Assembly (NCBI GenBank): GCA_002633005.1
Contig: NMRA01000848.1
Span: forward strand, 82,419 to 121,396
Reading direction: 5' to 3'
Source: Phoronis australis
Taxonomy: Eukaryota > Animalia > Phoronida
DNA: 38,978 nt
Shown: in pieces, positions 23,501-35,500 of the stretch
Numbering within the stretch: position 1 is the first letter of the stretch
How the letters are laid out: every line of letters starts with the position of its first letter
Made by a program: the position numbers and the translations under genes
The notes under the pieces: model-generated
The model's database searches: none
Told to the model about the DNA's origin: nothing
The model's input: the letters and a program-made list of their open reading frames with translations, nothing else

Positions 23501-26500
23501 TCAGTCACTCCGTACGTTTGTTATGAAGTCCAGACCGTTGAGTTGAACTGTGTTTACCTAATGTTTGTCATGAATTGAGTCATTAATAAAATTTTCTTGC
23601 ATGAATTGTTTTCTCTTGACATTGAATGTATGCCTTTTCACACAGTTAATAATCGCACGGTCAGAAATATTTAACGCTGGGGTGGTCGGCGACAGATGTG
23701 GAGATTAAATTTTGTAGCAACATGCCGGGACATTAGAATATGAACGCAAAATTACAATGAGTTCAGTTTTTGAAAAGGTGCAATATGGCTGCTACAGAGT
23801 GCCAAAGTTGGCCGAAAATGGTTTCAGTGAAAACCTGCAAAATGGCTGTTTTTGCCACACAAAATTAAAGCATACAAATTTGAAAGATGTTCCATTAAAT
23901 TATTCAATCATAGTTCTTTAAACCGTATCACTAATTTCAGCTAGCTATACATGCTAGTAGAATGCATTCAAATATGTCTACTTCGGCGCCCAATTTTGTC
24001 ACAAAATAGAAGTGCGTGCCTTAAAAGAGAAATAATGGATGAAAGCTTTTATAAAGTGAAAATTTTCCTACATCTCACTAAACCAAAATCATGAACTAAG
24101 TCTCAAAAATCTGAGACTTTGGGTATAGACTCTACCAGTTGTTTTTTATATGAAACACAGATAGAGTTCGAGTTGGGAAATAAAATGTTGCATCTCGACA
24201 ACTTGAATGTCACACATTGTCAAAACCTTTTACAAAACAATTTAAGTCCACTGGTTTTACAAAAGAACTAGGGATTACGAGACGAGAAAGATTCAAATGC
24301 GCTGAATCCTAGATGTTTTGGGCAGGCGTACAGAACGGACACAGTCTACCACGCCAGTCCTTAAATCAGAATTCAAAGACGCATTTCCAGAAAGAGCTGT
24401 ACATACCCTTTCTCCGTCTATTGTGCACGAATCTCCATACGTAAAGTGGTCGGCGGGACACTGGCTCGATACGCCGTCACACGTTTCTTCAACGTCACAG
24501 GTGCCGCGTGATTCCCTGCAGACGGTCCGAGCCGGGAGGACCTAGAAACATTCAAAGGGTCAGGTAAGCATTTCCATCTTTGTTGACATAATCACCCGAT
24601 CTATATTATAACAGTTCTTTATGGAATACATATGTACATTGGAATGAGGCACCATTTTAGACACAGAAGCTGGACGGAAATGAAAACCTTGAGGAATGGT
24701 TAAAGTTCCTAATCTTCAGAGATTAGCCATCATCTGGACAGAAACTGTGTCACAGTTATCTTATTTGATTAGACAACTTCAAAAACACCAAAAATACCTG
24801 GCACGTCTCGGTATTACAACATCCTCCTGCGACGCATTGCGAGCCAGTCTTTAGTCGACAAGTTATGGTGCAACAACGACTCGTGTAGAGACAAGGGATA
24901 CCACAATCGCATTCTTCCCCACGGTCAACGCGGCCGTTTCCACAGTCTTGACAGAAGCAATGTAAAGGGTTAATATGGCCAACGGTACATGTATGTAACG
25001 GAGAATAATAACAAATTGCAATGGTTAAAAGGGTGCTCGCTACAGAACTGGGTACAATCCTTCCCAAAACCCACCCTGAGTCGCCAACACTAAGCACACA
25101 TATATGACGTGTTCTGTCCAATAACATCTAAGCTGCTGAGTTTTTCCCAAATTAACCGATCAAGTTTGGCAGGTGACAAAGTGGAATTCCAAATATCGTT
25201 GGGCTTAGCCGGCCGAACATAGGTGCCATCTTGTCTTTATCTGATGAAAGTTGTAAAGATAACTCAAGGAAGACGTGTACACCAAAACAACAAAAACTGT
25301 CTCTTCAGATTCCATTGAACATTAAAGAGAGTTGCTAAAACACAGCCTTTAGTTCCTTATAGATTTATCGTGTGGTTTCAGAAAGATGACGCCAACGCCA
25401 AACACAATGGCATTGTATATTGTGTTCGATCTCGTTTAACTGCGACCCCCAGATGTCACCAAATTACGGTGATAGCAACTTCAGATTAATTTTGCGTTTG
25501 TGAATTGGTGTGGTGACGTGTTTTCTTCTGACAGCAATTTCGACGTGTTTGTGTCTCTTTAACACTATGAATGTTAAATGTACTTGTAAGTATAGGTCCA
25601 GTACTTAAGCACACAACACAAGAGGTTAAATGAACTGTACTTTACTTAGATAAATTATTTTGGTTGCAATTCAGAAAACGGTAGATGCAACGAGAGAATA
25701 AAACAGTTCACGACATCATATGATTTTCTGGTTATTACAGGCAAAGTGAAGTCAGAGCGAGCATCAGAACATCAAAGTCATCCAAACCATTCCTTCAGAA
25801 TAAGAAACAGTTTTGCAAACCTCACCAGGGATGCGGCCGTCAAAAATTCTTCATGACAGTGCCATAAGGACTATATAAAATATACACGTGTCAGCCATCT
25901 TCCTCATGCAAAAGAAACGTATCCATTAGATTCCTCAGTGATACTTCTAAGAGATTGATAAGGAACTAGGCAGAAGCAAAATAAATCAACATTTCGTTTA
26001 ACACGTCAGCTTTGTCTGGAAGAGTCGAGGTATGTCGTCACTTCAACAGGAGCATAGTAGATTCCTCAAACTTCCTCGTAGAGCTGGAAGTACTGGGTCC
26101 TGGTTGGACGCCGGACACACACTAAAGTCTGACGTTGGCAGAGACGACGACAATTATTCTGAAGATCATGGTTTCTGAAATCAGACTTGTAGAATTAGTT
26201 TCTTAGGCCCGTTTTGACATGTCTGCTATCATAGACCATGCTCTTGAGAACAATCATATAATTGACTGGGAGAAGAGAAGTCATTTTACATGTAGATAAT
26301 GACAGCAACAAGGTTTTCTGGTGGATAAAAGAGTTTATATCAAGAACACCACGGAGGTGGCTCAACTTCATTCTCGTGACATCATTCTTTACATACTTGT
26401 CCCATTCAGTTTGAGAAAGACCACAATACCCGACGGTAAACTAACATCTCAGCGTTATCAATCTCCAGTCGGATGAAATTGTTTAGGTGAAAATGACACT

Positions 26501-29500
26501 TACTAGAGGAAGGTGCTGGTGCCCCGCTGTGCACGCTTCCACCGGCTCCTGACGAGCTACATGTCGGCGGTGCGTAACCAGAGTCGCAATAGCAGTCTCC
26601 TGCGTTGTCACAAACCTGAGAATGGTATAAATAAGAGCAGCAACTACAGCAGTTCCAACACTGATAGAATCTTGTTCATGGGAGACTAGCATAAAGTCAC
26701 CATGGCCGAGGGAATTAGATAATTTGAACACATTTTGTAATGCGTGAGGCAAGTACGAAGCGAAAACGCTTTTTATGGTTCCGTAAGAAATGTGTATGGA
26801 ACAGAGAAGCATTTGAATTTATCATGTGTAGTATAACCAATCGTTGACGAATGACATGAGAGTCTCTTCACCACTTGTACACGTGTGAAAAAAAATCGGA
26901 CAGTGGAATTAGTGCTTGTAACAGTTTCAATTAAGCCGGAGTCTTGCTAGATCACACAACATTTGGAGCGAAAAATCACGTCAGCAATTGCTTAGTAAGC
27001 AACTGAAGATACAATTCAAACAAAATTGTCGCCATCGAGAACACTTGGACAACTACTCGGTGTAATGAGCCGTGATAAAAATGTTGTCTGAACTCATAGC
27101 CCTCGCAGTTTCAATCTCGCGACTGAAACTGATTTCGACCCGCTGACACATACTGTCGCAGTTGGCATATATTGTCGCAAAGGCAAAAACATGTATCAGG
27201 TGCAACAATTTTTGCCGTCGACAATGACACATAAAGTAACACTTAAATCACACTGGACATCGTCAAAATTCAATAAGGTTTGGTGCATAAGAGTGCAACT
27301 AAAATCCGCGTCTTTTCGACAAGAATCTGTTTTAGAATTCTTTCAATTCGGGGCAAACGGGACAAAATATCATATTAAACTCTGAAGAAGATCAACAAAA
27401 ACGTAGTTTTGTTGCAAAAGTTGAAACGAGGTCAAAGTTAGGATTTTACGACCCGATCAAACAGACGCACTTACACCTCGGGAAGAACAATGGCAGGTGT
27501 CTGGTCTGGAAATGTCCCGGCATCTCTGATGGACACACATCTGCGGAACAAAAGTCATTACAACATATCAAAAGAGCGTCTCAACAATACTTCACAGCGA
27601 ATTTTCAGTCAGACCCTTATTTGTTGTAAACAAACATATACCTTTTGTTAGAAACGATAACAACTTATTTGGGTCGCTCGCAGTAAACACAATTGTGTCA
27701 GCGTGTTCTTTGCTCAGATTAGAAATGATTTCTGGGTTCGAGAAGAACTGACAATCTACTATTACTTGAGGTTTTGCTATGTTTAAAGGGCCATGTTGTC
27801 GTGGTTTAACTGTCATGATTCAATTTGTTTTAGGACCGAGCTCATCCCGAATTTTGGCCGAACGAGTCGGCAACACAGGAAGTACCTGTTTGTACCACTT
27901 CCAAAGACAAACCTCAGTACACCCTAAGACAAATTCTCTTGAGTCACTATGGTGGATTAGATGTTCTTGTTGGTAATTATTAACGGCCATGAATCCCGTC
28001 ACAATGAGCAATGTTATGAGCACAAGTTTAGGATGGTAATAGGCATGTGTCGACTTTCGTTCTTGGAATTCAGTTTTACAACACAAGCCAAATTATTTTG
28101 CCAGCTGAACAGTGAAAATTAACGACAGGTTTTGAAAGAAAGCAGCTTTACAACACATGTGCTTTTATTCCAATTACGTAGACCTACTTATGTCAAAAAC
28201 ACCGTAAACCATTAGAGGTTTTTATCAGTGCCGATGCCTTGTGTTGGCATATTATTGAATTGAAATTATCATGTCTAATTCTATGATGGTGTAAAACACT
28301 ACATGTAAAGAACACTGGGCAAAGCGACATTGTAAAACATTCTGAACTTTGTGTATTACCAAGACGCTCGTGCACAAGCCGAAATGAAGGGCAAAATTGG
28401 CCAATGCAGGTGCGCTAGCGGTTTACTGCCCCTTCACGTCACGCGCGGTCTTATGTTTTCGTGTCTTACGCAAGCCTCTTTGTTCTGGTACTTGATAAAG
28501 AACTACGTCCGTTAAAAAGTCGGCTTATAAGAACTAACTGGTACTTGGTTTGTAATTTTCATGGTTTATAGGGGCACCTCTTTCGAATTTTACGCAAATT
28601 CTGTCGCATTGCCGAGTGATGCATACGCTCAACTTCATTAAAGGTGTGTTGTGCAAGTTCAGTAAACCACCACAATGTACCTGAGATGTTCAGCAGATAC
28701 AGGAACATGTTTGGTAAACAAGAATTACACTTGACACGGGATGCTTTAAGTTATACTTAACCTTATTGGTTCCGCACTGTGTTCCGTTTGGCACTAAGCC
28801 CAAATCAACCGAATTTTCTTTAGTTACAAGTACCACCCTAGAACATCCGGCGGATTTGGTCACGCGGCTGATGGAATATCGTGCACCGGAAACAGCTAGC
28901 GATTCTGAGGTGCCTGCACAGTGCAAGCGTCCACATTTCACGTCTCTATTGGAATAAATTCGATCACCATCATCGATGTTTAATTAGATTAAACAAAATC
29001 ATGTATACACTGTACCAGATATGTCACTACAGAGTGAAGCAGTAAATGATTGTACTAGGTGGTAGTTGTAGTCGGTCAAGTAGCATAGCACCAGCTGCGG
29101 GGGCAGTAGCCTCACTAATCAGTAGTACTGAGTGCTATGAAAATATTCTTGAATACGACATGGTTTTGCTGGGTGCGTTGTCGCCGCCAGGACACGTGGG
29201 CAGTATGCCCATGGTTTTGAAGCGAGGCGGCTGTGCTCGTGACATGCACTCTGGTACAGCAAGTGTTGCTAATCGTGAATCACGGTGACATTGGTTGCGT
29301 GCGTTCTTTGGTGCATGTATTTACAAGTTGGTGTAACACGGAACATATGTGACCTTGGAAGTCCCCAAGGCTGGACTATTGTTCGAGAGGATGACCGAAA
29401 CGGAACTATTAAAACAAACGCGCCGTGTACGTACACGAAATTTGTAGCTGTGAATCGTCCACTTCTTGCTAAGAAACTTTATCTAGGTAAAATTGTTATG

Positions 29501-32500
29501 ATAAACTTTAGTTTGGCACTGCTTGTAACAAAATTACGTGCGTTTTGTTATGGACGCACTTATACAAAATTGACAGCTAAACAAGTAGACGAATTTGACG
29601 CTAGAAAAGATATGGCTAAAGAACAACTTGTCTCGACAGGCCTGTAGGAAGCGGGGTCAGGAGAAGCACCTGCCCCCAAAAAATTTACAGACTTCAGGGT
29701 GACAGCCGACATACATGTAGGCGTGAGGCCGGGAGAAAAGACTGCGAAACATGGAGATGAGAGAAAATTCACGAGAACATTTGAAAACGCAGTATCAGCG
29801 CATGGTTTGCTCTATGAAGGCCCTGGCAAGTAAATTGTTGTTACAAATGCGCGTCCCCGTTTTTATAACATAGGTCGTCTAAACGCATTTGAAAACGTGC
29901 TCTTAATCTTTCATACAAGTATTTCGAAAAATCGAGAAAATTTGTAAAGCAAAGTTTTTGAGGAGTTTACCTATTCACTGGGTTTTAAATTCAATAAGAC
30001 AATTTTGCTGCAAACTACATTTTTTCCACAAGCAAGGGATAACGGGTCCATTATCGTTCTATTTTTCGCTTTTTTCTCGAAATTGTATATAGCTTGAGAA
30101 AAATCGATGTCCTGACAAATAGTACCAATTGCTGCGCATTAATGATTTTTGAAATCTAATATAGATCTTTTCATATTTATGTGCCCAGACCGTTAAGGGA
30201 ACCATTGATAACATTCAAGTTGCCACCCTTTTCGTGTTTTATTGAAAAATTCTTAAGGGGTTTCTCACGGAGAGAGGGCTCAATGTTGGATCAAACAACC
30301 AAAATATGGGAAAATACAACACTAGTGACGGCATCGTAAGGGTGGAATTTTGAAGATCGTGAAGACCACCTGTTGTGAATTACACAAAATGACTATTCCC
30401 GATGGTTAGTTATAAATAGTGTTACATTTTCCCTTAGTATCACAAGAATAGTACTTCTTTTGAAGATCGCTACTAGGAGTTGTTTATAAGGAATTTGCAT
30501 ATGTCGAAATACTGTCGAGGCTACGGTTTGGGATTGAAAGAGGTACTCAAAGTACTCAAAACCATAAAAAGATTACAGCGTTTTTGGAGCTCAAGTTTAA
30601 GTCTTTAACCGTTAAGGTTCCTCTGAAAAAGTCCTCCTCCACACGAATGCCCCATCTCCCATGTACCCAGGGCAACCCTTCAAAAATCTGCGAGCATTCC
30701 TGTGGACACTACTTACGACATTCCGTTTTGATAAACAAATTCGTTGGTTTCTGATTTAGATATTTACAGTGTATGTACTCTATCTACGAATATCGACAGA
30801 TTCATAGATGATTTTTGACAATTAGACAGTAGTCGTGTAGGAATTGATGAAGCCTTAGTGATATTAATTGCAGCCTGAAGGTGTAAAAACTCTATAATCA
30901 GATCCCCAGATAGTACAATACACTTAGACGATTTTTGCCTATCTAAAATAACTTTGAAAGTCATCTGATGAAATCGGGGCAGTTTTCAAAAATATACTCA
31001 CAATGCAAATGACAACAAATGCATTGATTTTTGACTAAGGTACAAGATCGGTTGTTTGAACTCACAAACAGGAGATCAAAAAGGAATTAAGTCATAAAAC
31101 CAAGTAAAAACGTATTGCTCATTGTTGATTTCTGATTTAGATTAAGTCATAAAACCAAGTAAAAACGTATTGCTCATTGTTGATTTCTGATTTAGATTAA
31201 GTCATAAAACCAAGTAAAAACGTATTGCTCATTGTTCATTTCTGATTTAGATGTGATGTATCTACGAAGATCGATTTATTGGTTGATAATTTTTGGCAAT
31301 TATGATCTAATCTTGTAAGAAATGGCGAGACCTCACTGAACTTAGTTGCAGGCTGACGTTGTGAAAAGTCCATCTATCATCAAGTCAACAAAAAGTAAAG
31401 TAAACTATACGATTTTTGTCTGTCTGAAATAAATCTCAAGGATATTGATGAATGTCACACAGCTCTACAAAGTGTTCCAAAAATGTCCTCACAATGCAAA
31501 TGGCAATATATTGTTTTTTGACGTTGGAACTAGATTAGTGGTATAAATTCACTAAACGTATATCGAAAAAGAAGTCCTCATATGAACCAAATTAAATTCA
31601 TTGCTCATTAACTTAGAAAAGTTGTCTTTGCACTTCATTGATGTTTTACAGTAGTTTCCAGTGGTACTGCGCAATTAGTCGTTTGCATGCCATTACTGTG
31701 CACATTACAAAGACGGAAGGCGGTGTTTCAACAAGGGATTTCGAAACAGTCTCACAGGCACTATACCAGGAACTTCGGGACCTCACCTTTTTAAAAATAA
31801 CTCCTTCAAAGAATAACCATATTAAAGTAATTTTTCACGAAAATGTATCATAACAAATCCGGACCTTGGAGCAATCGCAGACGGACAGATACGAGATAAG
31901 CTGCCCGCTCGCGTGAATCATAGCTGAGCTGACCAGTAACTAGCCTAGTTTATTGAATTTCACACAGCTATGATCTCAGCTATACTACCTAAGCCAGGTA
32001 GGGGGTAGAGAAGGTGACTATAAGAAGAGGGGGTTAGTTTGGCGAAGCGCTTCCCCCAATAACGTATTTCCTTCCTACGGGTCCGTTTGACCATCTTTCA
32101 CAGGCAATATGAACAAGTCACCTGCGACGACGACATAAGTTATGTACGTTATAAACCTTTTTGGATTATAATTAAACAAACACAGATTTAGAAATGGTCA
32201 CGTGGCAAACATTATAAAAATGAAATACTGTTATTGCTGTATTAGTTTTCGGTTCTGTTCTGACTATCAATTAATTCCTAAAACAGAATATGTCAAAATA
32301 ATAACACTTTTATTTAATAGGGCCAAACGACTTTGCCAAAACCAATGATATGAGAATGCCATCATCCATGTTGTATTTCTCGACTTGAAGAAAGTTCATT
32401 TTCAAATTAGATGAGATCCACTATGATGTCTGCACACAGTTCTCTGAATCTTATTAGGAACTATGAACCAATCAGAGGCTTTAGAGTATCCAAGCACGAA

Positions 32501-35500
32501 ATCAGACGATACAATTCCTTTGTGAAAGTGTGGCATCTAGGAAAAATTGCTTTAAATGTAACTTTGGAACAAATATCCGAGTCTCACTGGTTAATGTGAA
32601 GACGGCTAGGGATAAACACACATGTAAAACCAAAAGCATTATCCTTGCTGGAAATCAGTTGGTCCACAAAAATGCATCAGTGAAAACATGGTGATAATGA
32701 TCAACTTATTTTTGATGAAAAGTTCAAAATACTTTTTAAAGTTCATAGTCTATTCAAGACATATTACAAAGCAAAACATCCACAATGCAACCGTTACATA
32801 CTGAGAAGAACATGGGATAAAAGAGTTTCTCCTTGAGTCATGCCCACAGTCGCCCGTGGCGTCGCCATTCCTGTTTCTAACGAAGCACCTATTTGCAACC
32901 GACGCCGACGACCCCCAGAGAAACTGACAACGTTCCACATTTGTGTTGCATTCGCCGTTGAAGCAAAAAGCCTGGACAGAATAACGATTAGATATCAAAG
33001 TGCGCCCACCGTCACCAGCCGTTTAGTAAACATTACGTAAACCGAAGCGTAGGTATTCCTGAGCATAGATCAGTGGATTCTTATAATTTAAACAAAAAGC
33101 AGAAAGTTTCAAGCAGGCTATCGTGGCTGCACGTCAATATCAAACGCACACGCTAGAACGGAAATTTCGTGGTATGTATTAGCTGCACCCATCTTAGGTA
33201 AGTAGATATCGTTCTTGAATTGACATATTTTATGAAATTGGCTATTCCTGGTTGAGATATTTTATCTGAAGTTGGAATATAAAATCATATGCATAATTCC
33301 AAATTTGCTCGATCAATCACGCGATTGTGCAAACGGCCCTGTTTAAATGGATTATTGTTACAAGAATTCTTTATCCATCAAAAAACAATTCCATACGGTA
33401 AAGAGAAGACATTTTCTTCATTACGTTAAAGATTCACATACCACGTTCTCAACACAGACAATACCATTCATTTTGTAACGATCCTCGGGACAGGCACTAG
33501 ATCGTCCGCTACAATATTCCGCTAGGTCGCATACACCTGTAGCGGGTCTGCACATTGCACCTTGGTCTTTGTACTAAAATAATTCAAAAAGCAGATTTTA
33601 GAAGCTCCTTAATTTTGTTTCAAACTGTTAGAGCTTGTATGTTAGCTCGATTGCATCACAGTAGGGTCGCTGAAAAGAAGAGCCGATGGCTCATATCCGC
33701 CCGCCCCATATCCCAATAACATTTCAGAATACCTCGTATAAGCTCGAACTGTGCAAGTCGCGCTTTAGTCATATTGCAAGTAATGTGATCTTCAAATTGG
33801 AGGATTGGCCATAACACTGCAATATGCACATGCGCAGTTAACACTCCATTTTGAGCACAGTTTGGGGCACACAAAAGATTTTTAAGCCACTGGTGAATTT
33901 AGATCCAATTAAAAGTTGGTGCCTGCTTGGTTGGCTGGGCATTTTAAGCTTTTTTCTTCCTTTTAAATTCTATGAATGCCATTTGCCTCATTTCTGAATC
34001 TGTTGCGAGTGACAGATTGTCAGCTGTTTACCCCATGAACGATTTTTTCGATCAGTCGTGGCTTTTCTTAAACCTTTACTGCTCGCAAGCAGGAAGTAAG
34101 ATTTGTAAAAAAAAAATCTGCTGGTCCACTGCCACTTTTCATCTGGTTTGTGTAATGAATAAAATTTGGCAGACTAAATGCACCGTCTCCCAGTGCGTAG
34201 TAATCCTAATCAAATGTTGGCTTTGGACAAAATTTGATGATCTGACCTTTTGTTCGTTTTTCAAGTAGCCTGCTGCACTTCTGAAAGTCGTAAAAGGTAG
34301 ACAACTATACTTTGGAATCATTTTCAATAGACTTTGTTCAAGGTTTTTGAAGTCTTTGGTCCAATATAGTGATCGTAATTTCAGGTGTTGCAATTCTTGT
34401 GGAACAGGCTGTTGGAGTTGAACCGATCTGGTTTTTCAAGCCCAAAATAAGTTGCGATTAGGTAAATAACCGACGTTTTACGTATGCCCTTGCTATAGTC
34501 AGGCCACAACCTTCGTCGAAACATGCATATGTGTATTAATAGAGAACCGGAGGACAACCCCCACCCCGAGTCAGCCAAACTGAAGACGATTACTGAGCAG
34601 ATTAAGCCTTGAGACTTTAATCGGGTCATTTCTGTTGGATTTTTCCTTTAATAGGTGTCAGATAACTTAAATGGGCATTTAATCATGCTTCCCAGAAAAC
34701 GTGACATAAATAGATCTTACAGCAAGTTTTCACCTTAACTGGTAGTTTTTTCAAGGTCCCGTGTTATCGACATTTTCTTCCCTTCCTTTCAAAACGATCC
34801 AAATATGACAACCCCTTTAGTTATATCCTTCCCAATCTTGACAGAAAGTCCGCGTAATTATTCCTTTCCCCTCCATCATCCGCATCAAACTATTAATCTG
34901 TCAAAGATACACTTGGGAGGGCAGATACAACAAGTAAAAAAATCTCAGATGTGAGAAAAGGCCATAATCAACACAGTTTGTTGTAAAGTCACCAGGCCGC
35001 GGGACCTTCTTGAAATTTACCAGCAAGCTGATTCAAATGTTTGGTCACTTGTAACCTTCAAGGTCTCACTGGACGGTAATTTTCGTGTTCGACTGGTGAC
35101 GAAATAAATACTAAATTATTGTGTATTTTGGCATTCGTAACATGATTATATATGAAATTAAGGTTTTGGTTACATTTGGCACTACACCTTAAATTCCCCA
35201 AGGTCTTGTATCCAATTTGGAATGAAATTTTAAAAAACGATGTTTCGGAAAACTTAAACTTAAAGTGATGCAAGTTCCAGCTCTGTATCGTTTGCCCGTA
35301 AACAGCAAAACAAATGTACTCCTATGGCAATCGGAAAGAGCAGAGGCAAAATTGGCGGTGACGGGATGAGGATAAATGGTTGTGTCGATTGGGTGTTTTA
35401 GAGCTTAAGTACAGAGATTTTGATGGTGTGGGGGCGGCAGAATACGACGAAGGCGAAGTTTCAGTACTCAGTAACTTTATTGTGTCGTCTCATTTTAAGG

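Noticed and set aside
23230-24024. Possible TTAA-flanked non-autonomous element ending gtgcgtgccttaa
   Set aside because: I could not identify a matching opposite terminus.
27592-28086. Two adjacent minus-strand ORFs; HADTIVF vaguely like an RT YADD motif
   Set aside because: No second Asp and no other RT motifs.
34168-34270. Minus-strand LEKRTKGQ/fs/[15 protein letters not shown], faintly like the start of YqaJ-type exonucleases in DNA transposons
   Set aside because: It needs a frameshift and lacks the key Trp and the downstream catalytic motifs; too weak without BLASTx.
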